From a candidate division FCPU426 bacterium (GTDB lineage Bacteria; Oederibacteriota; Muellerivitia; Muellerivitales; Muellerivitaceae), in contig CAVYSE010000008.1 of assembly GCA_963771075.1 (NCBI GenBank), positions 34,317 through 98,316 of the forward strand: a stretch of 64,000 nucleotides of DNA, given 5' to 3'. The notes beneath the pieces are model-generated. The model made no database searches and had not been told where the DNA came from. It saw nothing but the letters and a program-made list of their open reading frames with translations. Shown piece after piece: positions 56,203-64,000 of this stretch. Position 1 is the stretch's first letter, and the number at the start of each line of letters is the position of its first letter. The position numbers and the translations under genes were made by a program.

Positions 56203-56239
56203 GTTGCACACCATCCTTTTTGCGAGGGCCATGTGCAGG
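56203..56239. repeat. 37-bp junction hairpin element, copy 3
   Basis: One mismatch (TTTTTGCGAGG) versus copies 1 and 2. Confidence 0.9.
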
Positions 56240-56716
56240 CGAGTAATTGGGAATCATGGTTGGAGTATAGGTGGCGGTTGGCAGGACCGAAGGCCCATCG
56301 GTGATCGAAACCGAGGCTATATTGACAGTGACAGGCCCGACATGCGCGTAATTCGATGCCCCGCCGCCGTATAAGAGTTGCATCCCGATTTCCGTGACGC
56401 CTGTTGCGGCACTGCTGATCGTAATTCCACACTGGCTCCAAGTTGTGGAAAGGGTGTTTACCCAGCCGCCAGGAAGAGACCCCCCGGAGGCGCTACCAGT
56501 GGCCGCATATAAGTTGAGGTTTCCCATGTGGACTTTTGAAAGAATTTGCTTGGTTTCCGGACTGATAATGGTGCGAATTTTAAAATCTTTTATGTATTCA
56601 GCCTGTGTGAGGGAATGTTTGAAAAAAAGATGGGTGTGGCTGATGCTCCTGAAGGATTTATGGCAGATTTTGCAGTCGATCAAGGGTATTCCAGTCAAGG
56701 TTAGATTCACGACCAA
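56240..56716 (-). pseudogene. Chimera: MucR-like zinc-finger N-terminus fused to a secreted-protein fragment
   Basis: CKICHKSFRSISHTHL...HMGN matches the ISL3-split gene; it is followed by unrelated G/S/T-rich sequence ending PTATYTPT. Confidence 0.6.
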
Positions 56717-56743
56717 TGATGTGGGCGAAGCATGCCAAATAAG

Positions 56744-57102
56744 TCATTCAGGCTGGTCTTTTCCGAAAGGAACCGCCCCAGCGGTCCTTTTACTTGATTG
56801 GAGAACCCAACCGATACCTGATTTGTAATAATGCCCCAGCCATTGTTGGATACGGCCTCGGTTAAGTCCAAGCCTTTTCCCGACCTCTTTGACTTTCATT
56901 CCTTTCGCGAGCCAGGCAAGCGCCTGTAGTTTTCTTTGACCCATGGCCGGGCTTCTTTATGAAGAAAAGATTCAATTTCTTGAAGGTCCATATCCCTTTC
57001 AACCTCGTCTTGAGTACCACCGATTGCAATAGTTAACAACTCGTGACGTGGAATTTTTCTTTCAATTTGCATTTCCCTATTTGGGTAAGTGGTTACCGTC
57101 AA
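56744..57102 (-). pseudogene. HTH fragment resembling IS630-type N-terminal HTH
   Basis: KLQALAWLAKGMKVKEVGKRLG...IQQWL..Y...G. Confidence 0.4.
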
Positions 57103-57262
57103 ATCTTTCGCGAAAACCCATAAGGCCGGACTGCTTATGAAATCTTTTAAGGCAGAAAGTCCTTATCAACCACGATATGAACCTTTTTACAAAGTTATCC
57201 TCGGCCGTACAAGGCTACAAATCGCGAGGCCTTTCAACTTTTGGAATTTCGACCATGGCTCA

Positions 57263-59179
57263 TTATTTTGTTTTGAAGCCTTCCGGGCCCTCTTCAAGCC
57301 CGAGGCCATCCAGCTCCAGCAAAACACCTTCGACCGCCGATATCACCCAGGCGTTGCTGTCGAACCCTCTTTGGGCCACGATCATGTTGGTCATCTCCAC
57401 GGTCAGGTTCACGTTGGAGTTTTCCAAGGACCCGCCTCGCACCAGTCCAAAGCCGTTGGTGCCCGCCAGTCCGGTCGTGATGGGACCTGTATTTGCGGCG
57501 ACCGTGAAATAATTGTTCCCCGCCTGGACAAGGCCCCCGGAATTGACAGGACTGGACAGGGCCAATTGGGCCAGGGGAGCCGTTTGGCCGTTGGAAAAAG
57601 TACCGATCAAAGTTCCGTCCGTTTGAAAATCCATGGATTGTAACAGCCCATCGCCGTAACCGTTTTGGGAAGCCGCCTGGACGTCGTTATGTGGCACATA
57701 GGTGTTGACCCCATTGACGATCTTGTAGCTCCCTTCCGCGTCGCTGTGGAGTCCGTTCCTTTGTCCCACCCCAATAATTCCATAAGTTCCGAAATTCAAC
57801 TGGACCGCCGTGATCTCCGCCCCTTCGCTGGGGAGGGGCGAAAGGGGTGGCCAGTCGGGGTTATAGGCGGGTAAAAAAACAGTGGGGACATCCATGATGT
57901 TCGGCGTTCCAGGCGGAGAGGGAGGTCCCTCGATGCCTCCGCTGGAGGCGAGAGACCCATCCGTGTTAAACCAGATAAAATCTCCCGCCCAACCCGAGAA
58001 GGGGAGCCCGTGATCGTATCCTTGAACCGCGAAGGGATTGGGGTTGTTCTCCATGTCCCCTTCCTGGATGGCCGTTCCACCCAGCAGGTGCGCGGTGTTG
58101 ATGGCCTGGCCTCCCGTGGTATCGAAGGCGTACCATGCGTAACACACCTGGTTCGGCCCAGGGGCGGGGTTGATGCCCGCGTTACCCAGGTCGTTCACCT
58201 GGTAAAAAAGGACCGTGATCTGCCGCGGGTTGCCCGTGGAATCATAGACCGTCTCGGTGGCCTGGGCCGCCGGGGAAATTGGGGGATTCTGTTCCCAGGC
58301 GTAATTGCCGCTGTCGTTCATCACTACATCCGTGAGGGGAATGATTCCGTTGATGATTGGTTCGGCGACCGGTTTGGGATTGTAATTAGGTGTGGACAGG
58401 TCATTGACTTGCTTGAGGGCAAATCCCCCTCCCGGCAAGTTTACGGTGGTCATCCTGGAAGTATCGATTCCGGCAGGCGCTGGAATTTGGGGGGGGCTGA
58501 GCATAAGCCCTACGGGCAGGACCGGCCCAGAATTGTTGTAGATGGCCAATACATTGGGTTGCTGAAAGGAATCCAAATTTCCGGTGAAGTTAACCAGGGT
58601 GGTGGCTTTCGGCGGAATGGTCATCTGCGGGTCAAGGCGGATATTTTGCGTTACGGATAGGTTCGAGTTATCCAGGGCTAATTGGCCATCAGTGATCTGG
58701 GCGTAACCCCCGTCCACAGGCGTATTGATCACGGTATCGGTATACTGTTCCAAGGCGTTGTAGCCCTGCACATAGGCCCCGTTCGAGTCTACTAAATAAC
58801 CCTGGCTGTCCAGGGAGAGTACCCCGGCACGAGTGAAAAAAACTTGGTTGCCTTGTTTGACGGTCAAAAATCCAATTCCATCGATGGCCACATCAAGGGA
58901 ACTCCCGGTACTTTGAATGACCCCTTGGGTGAAATCCGTTTGTATGGATTCCAGCCGGGTGCCGGTTCCAATTTCCATGGAGTCGGCGCCGCCTTTGCCA
59001 GTCAGGGGGGAATCCGAGGTGCCTGGGTATAGGGCCAAAGATAGCTGGGTGGCAAATTCCGTACGACTCGATTTAAAGGCCGTGGTATTCACGTTAGCGA
59101 TGTTATTACCAATCACGTCAAGCCAGGCACTGTCCGATTCGAGGCCGGTAATGGCGCTATTTAGTGAATCCAGGCTCAT
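57263..59179 (-). CDS. flgE: Flagellar hook protein FlgE-like
   Basis: DVIGNNIANVNT.AFK, LDVAIDG.GF, FTRAG, VYDSTG and LENSNVNL..EMTNMIVAQRGF. Confidence 0.85.
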   Translation of the reverse strand: MSLDSLNSAITGLESDSAWLDVIGNNIANVNTTAFKSSRTEFATQLSLALYPGTSDSPLTGKGGADSMEIGTGTRLESIQTDFTQGVIQSTGSSLDVAIDGIGFLTVKQGNQVFFTRAGVLSLDSQGYLVDSNGAYVQGYNALEQYTDTVINTPVDGGYAQITDGQLALDNSNLSVTQNIRLDPQMTIPPKATTLVNFTGNLDSFQQPNVLAIYNNSGPVLPVGLMLSPPQIPAPAGIDTSRMTTVNLPGGGFALKQVNDLSTPNYNPKPVAEPIINGIIPLTDVVMNDSGNYAWEQNPPISPAAQATETVYDSTGNPRQITVLFYQVNDLGNAGINPAPGPNQVCYAWYAFDTTGGQAINTAHLLGGTAIQEGDMENNPNPFAVQGYDHGLPFSGWAGDFIWFNTDGSLASSGGIEGPPSPPGTPNIMDVPTVFLPAYNPDWPPLSPLPSEGAEITAVQLNFGTYGIIGVGQRNGLHSDAEGSYKIVNGVNTYVPHNDVQAASQNGYGDGLLQSMDFQTDGTLIGTFSNGQTAPLAQLALSSPVNSGGLVQAGNNYFTVAANTGPITTGLAGTNGFGLVRGGSLENSNVNLTVEMTNMIVAQRGFDSNAWVISAVEGVLLELDGLGLEEGPEGFKTK

Positions 59180-59233
59180 ATTTCCCTATCTGGAGGGGAT
59201 GGTGGGTGTGGTAAGGAATAGGCACCTATACTA

Positions 59234-59398
59234 ATGCGTAAAGCCCGGTTATCGAAAGCCGAATCTCTCTTGAAAGAGGGTGACTTGACACTAGAAAGGA
59301 TCGCGCAGGAATGCGGCTTCGCTTCGGCCAGTACCTTTTCCATCATTTTCCGTAGAACTTTCGGAACTTCCCCGAGGAAATATATTAAGAAAGGGTAG
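59234..59398 (+). pseudogene. AraC-type C-terminal HTH fragment
   Basis: MRKARLSKAESLLKEGDLTLERIAQECGFASASTFSIIFRRTFGTSPRKY (not in the ORF track). Confidence 0.7.
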
Positions 59399-59675
59399 AA
59401 TGGATTCCACGTGATTTTTTTTAGGCATCTCAAAATCCGGGTCCAATATCCTTTTTTCTTGCAGAGTAGAGCACTGGCGCGAATGCCTTAGAGTACGATG
59501 GCTAATCCAACCCTTTTGAATTGGGCCTCAGTCCGGCTCTTATAACCAAGTTTCCAGCGCCACCCTTCTTGAGTGCACATAGTTGAAGCAGCGCCTTTGC
59601 ATAAGACGTGGCTTAACAATACATATTTGGACACTCTTTTCCAAAATAAACGTTAAAGTATCGCAGCCTGTTCCT

Positions 59676-62600
59676 TCACCGCAAAACCAGCAGTTTGCCA
59701 ATGGACTTGCCGCCCTTCGTATCCACCACCACGTAATAAAGGCCGTTCGCAAGGGTGGTTCCCCATTTGCTCGTCAGGTTGACGGTCACACTGGTTCCGG
59801 ATGGTACGGAATAGAAGGTCTCATCCACGACCATCCGGTAATTCACCGTGAAGATCTCCACCCTCACCGTCGAGATTCCCGTGTAACTGGGCGGCAGCAC
59901 ATTCACCGTCGGTCCGGTCACCGGGTTGGGATAAAGGATCAGTATCTTTTGGGGTATCGGCGTTTGCGTAAAGGTCGGGGTGATCGTTCCGGTCGTCGTG
60001 GCCGAGATCGTCCAGGTGGAGGTCGCGGTCCATGTCACCGAGGGGGTCAGCGTCGATGTGGCGGTATAGGTGTAGGTGTTGGTAGGGGTGGATGTTTGGG
60101 TGGGCGTGGACGTGGCTTGCTGGCAGTTCACCGTGTTGCCCGAAACCGGCAATCCCGTGATCGACACCGGCTGTCCCCCGTTATTCATGCTAGTTCCCGT
60201 CAGGCCGCTGATTGAGAACTCATAGGTCCCAACCGCCGAACCCGAGAAGTTCACCAGGACCTGCAGGCTGTTGGAGGTAGACGTGATCAAGTCGTTGTTC
60301 AGGCTCAGCGTGGCCGTATTGCCGGTGAACCCGGGAACGGAAGCCTGCAGTATTCCATTCAAATAAACACTGACGGATGTGACATTCCCCGCGTTGCCGC
60401 CCAGGTCGCTGACCGTGATATTCGTAAGGTTAACCCCTAATGCGCTTGGATCGCTGAGGTTCGCGGATACTGCCGTGACACCGGCGGACCCGGAAAGCGT
60501 ATTGAAGGTGGATGAGGTCGAGCTGATATTCACGATTGCCGAGGTGGGCGTGAAGGTCGTGGTCAAGGTGGGGGTGGAGGTTGGCGTCGAAGTGGCGGTG
60601 GAAGTATGACTGGACGTCGAAGTTGAAGTGGGGGTCGATGTTGGGGTGGCCGTGGCGGTTGAGGTGAATGTGTGGGTCGAAGTCGAAGTAAAGGTGGAGG
60701 TTGAAGTGTCGGTCCAAGTGGGGGTCGCCGTATCCGTACCAGTGTAAGTGGTCGTGGGGGACAGGGTCACCGTCGGACTATAGGGGAAGGTGGCCGTGGG
60801 AGACCCCGTCTGGGTGTTGGTTGCCGTCGGGCTAAAGGTCGGAGTTTTCGTGTCAGTCCATGTATTGGTGGGCGTTAGGGAATGGGTCGAGGTCGGGGTA
60901 GAACTCGAAGTCAAGGTGGTGGTGGCGGTCGGAGTGGAAGACGAGGTAGATGTCAGCGTTACAGTCGGCGAAAGGGTGACCGTAGGGGTGAAGGGGAAGG
61001 TGGCCGTGGGCGACCCTGTTGGGGTGTTGGTTGCCGTCGAGCTAAAGGTTGGGGTATTCGTGGGCGTCAAGGTATGGGTGGCCGTCGGCGTGGAGGTTTC
61101 GGTACCTGTAAAAGTTGCGGTGGAGGTGTGGGTCGGGGTAAAGGTTGAGGTGGATGTTGCCGTACCCGTGAAAGTTCCCGTGGAGGTGCGGGTCACGGTC
61201 ATAGTTCCGGTAAAAGAAGAGGTAGGCGATGAAGTCACCGTCGGGCTGAAGGGGAAAGTGGCAGTTGAGGTTCCGGTGACCGTTGGCGTCAGGGTGTGGG
61301 TGGCCGTCGGCGTAAAGGTTCCGGTACCTGTAAATGTGGAAGTGACCGTGAGTGTCGCGGTTGGGGTATTCGTGCGAGTCACAGTCGAAGTGTTGGTCAA
61401 AGTTACCGTGGGGGTGAAAGTAGAGCTGTTCACCATTGTATTCGTCCGGGTAGCGGTCGAGGTTTGAGTTGATGTCACGGTCAGGGTTTGGGTTGGCGTG
61501 GAGGTTCCTGTCACCGTGGATGTATTCGTGCTGGTTCTCGTTGGGGTGGAGGTAGGGGTCGCGGTGTTGGTATTGCCCAAAGTCGCCGTCAACGTGACCG
61601 TGGGAGTGGAAGTTCGAGTGGTAGTGGGTGTAACCGTGGTTGTATTCGTTGGAGTGGTGGTTCGAGTGGTGGTTGGGGTCACCGTCGGTGTATTCGTCTG
61701 GGTATTGGTACGGGTGGTCGTCGGTGTGACCGTCGGGGTATTGGTCGCCCCCGAGGAAACATCCCCATACAGGATACCCCGCCCATTAGTGCCGACGTAC
61801 ATGCGTCCATAGACGGTTTCGTCGCCCCCGGCATAACCCGCGGCTCCGAACTGGTGGTTGGCGTCGTTAATCCGGGTCCAGGTCGTTCCCACCCCGTCGT
61901 CACATCGGAAGAAGCCATAGGTTCCACTGACGGTCCCGACCAGATAAACGGCCGGGTGGTTAGTGGGGGGCGCTCCGCTGGAGGATATTCCAAACCCTAG
62001 CGCAATCGCGCTGGAGACATTGGCAATCGTGGCCTTGGTGCTTCCCCCGTTGGTAAAGCGGAATAGTCCGCTTCCACCCGCGGGAACCCAAACCTCACCG
62101 GCTTCTCCAAAAACTGACCGGGGCATCCCGTTCCCCGTGAAGGTGTTGACCACGCTAAAACTGGAACCACTGTTGGTGCTGATATAAAGATTGCTTCCAT
62201 TTGTGGCGTAGAAAGTCGTCGCATTGGCCCGGTCGGATGCGAGTTGGGACCCGCTGGGAAGGCCCGTGCAGGTGGTCCAAGCGCCACCCAGTGAAGAGGC
62301 AAAGGCCGGAGAACCATAACCATTGTAAGGAGAAACAACCACATGGGAGCCATTCGCGGCCACGGCTACTGACCCCATTTGGTTGGCGGTGCCATAGCCC
62401 GGCGGAGCGCTACCCCAAGGAGTCCAGGTTTGACCGTTGTTAGTCGAATAGGCCACATCGGAGGTGGTTGTGCTGCTGTTCCCCACCCGGACTACGTCGT
62501 TGGTATTCGACTCAGCAAAATCCACGGAATTGGTGTTGGTGAAGCCAGGATTGCAGTACATCCCTCCCGCAGGCGATTGGGTCAGGTTCGTGTGGCGCAT

Positions 62601-63969
62601 TCCCGCGATATCGCCGACCGCGCTGAAAAAGATCCCGCCAGCGGAAGCGGCGTTGATGGCCAGCACGGCGGTTTCCTCCAGGCCGTAATCTTTGAAGGTC
62701 CAGGTGACGCCTGCGGGCTGGGTCCCGGCGGTGATGTTGGAACTGTCCCAAACCCCACCCCCCGTGGTGTAAATGGCGTGGCCCGAGTTGAAGGGGTCGA
62801 TCTTGACGTCCCCTTGCCAACCCACTCCCCCGTCATAGGTCGTGCAAAAGCGGGTCCATAATGCGCCGTTGTTGTTGTAATTGGCGAAGGGTCCGGCGTC
62901 CCAGCTGTTTTGCCGCGTTTCCAATGACCGACCAACTCGTCCCGCCATTGTTCGTGCTATAGATATGGTCAGGCCCGCCCCACCAATCAAGGGTGGAGAC
63001 CACCACATGTTGGGCATTTTCAGGATCCACGCTGATTCCGCCATACCCTCCACTACCGGCGGCAGGATTTGGCAACGTTACGTGCGTCCATGCCAGGGTG
63101 CTGGTATTTAACTTCCAGATTTGTCCCGTGGTAATGCCGTTGGGACCGTATCCGCCGCTGTCATAAACAATCCACAAGGTTCCATCCGTTCCGAGGGAAG
63201 CGTGGGGGGTAATCATGTTGGTGGGACCGCCCGGAACCACGGCCCAACTCCCGCCAGCGTTGGCGGAGCGGTATAGATTGCTGTTTCCAGAGCTCGTCGG
63301 TATCCACACCGACGAAGAGGGTCTCGGCCCCGCTCGCTGGGTTTCCGCCGGGCAGGAAAATCTCATAACTCAAGCCGTAATTGGCGTCGCCGTTGACCGG
63401 GAAGGCGGCCACCTGGGCCCATGTGCCCGCCGAATTGGTGCTTCTTCCAAAGTCCGTTATTACGGGAACCGAAATAGAGGTAGGCTGTTAAATTTGGGTC
63501 GACCGCCAGGCGTTCCCCAGCTTCCCGGCCATCATTGTTGCCGCCCATGGGAACGGCGATGGTATTGATGGTCCAGGAATTTCCCTGGTTGGTGGAACTG
63601 AGGATCGCGCCATTGCCGTTGGTCAGGTACATCCCGGCCGCTATATAGACGTTGTTGGCGTTGACCGGGTCCGGCGCGATGCTTTCCCCGCCGTAATAGG
63701 TGTACTGGCTGTTGCTGAACTGGTCGGTGAGGGGAACCCAGACGTTGTTGGCGTTATCCCAACGGTAGAAACCGCCCATGTCGGTGCGGGCGTAATAGAA
63801 GACCCTGGGACACGGGACTGTAATCCACCCCAGCCACGAAACCACCGGCTGGAACTGTGACATTTTTCCAGGTATAGGTTTGGGCAAAGGCGTGAGTGGC
63901 TAGAAAACCCAACCCCAATATCAGTGTTTTCACTAAATGAGACTTCAATCTCTTGTTCACTTCAGCCAA
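59676..63969 (-). CDS. GH74 xyloglucanase-like secreted protein with Thr/Pro linker and YPNP-type C-terminal domain; at least 4 frameshifts
   Basis: [42 protein letters not shown] and [12 protein letters not shown], spread over five ORF pieces. Confidence 0.85.
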
Positions 63970-64000
63970 TCCTCTGTAAGAAGCTAAAACGTTATGAGCC

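Noticed and set aside
59424..59445. CATCTCAAAATCCGGGTCCA resembling the IS1380 end
   Set aside because: Short and imperfect with no partner end found; may be chance.
60530..61750. Tandem repeat array and the Val-rich + strand ORFs
   Set aside because: Low-complexity Thr/Pro linker coding sequence; the + strand ORFs are its antisense shadows.

Overview
This window is a heavily rearranged bacterial accessory region. At its core is an ICE/plasmid-like conjugative element (~25-56 kb) with a reduced VirB2/3/4/6/8-type transfer operon and a leading-region-like block (ardC, radC/JAB, DUF2958, small zinc-finger and HTH genes) containing three ~480-bp structured repeats. The most striking feature is a short serine recombinase (45686-46519; catalytic plus recombinase domains, no zinc ribbon or coiled coil). 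It is followed by seven same-orientation ~28-bp dyad sites (consensus TGTCCA-N4-GGG-TC-CCC-GTCG-TGGACA) that separate unrelated gene cassettes, like an integron driven by a serine recombinase. A truncated copy of the recombinase at 7.9 kb has two more sites, which bracket a thiO cassette. Other notable items: (1) a 37-bp hairpin found three times at gene-breaking junctions; (2) an IS1380 element that carried ~4.3 kb of neighbouring DNA into a NucS-DUF4268 gene; (3) a MITE related to that IS1380; (4) a recurring signal-peptide leader punctuating a second gene array (12-25 kb); (5) an ISL3 interrupting a zinc-finger/HTH gene, and an IS21 end; (6) several TA modules; (7) an orphan flgE-like gene; (8) a frameshifted GH74 gene with a Thr-rich linker. 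All calls come from reading the sequence and motifs; no searches were run.
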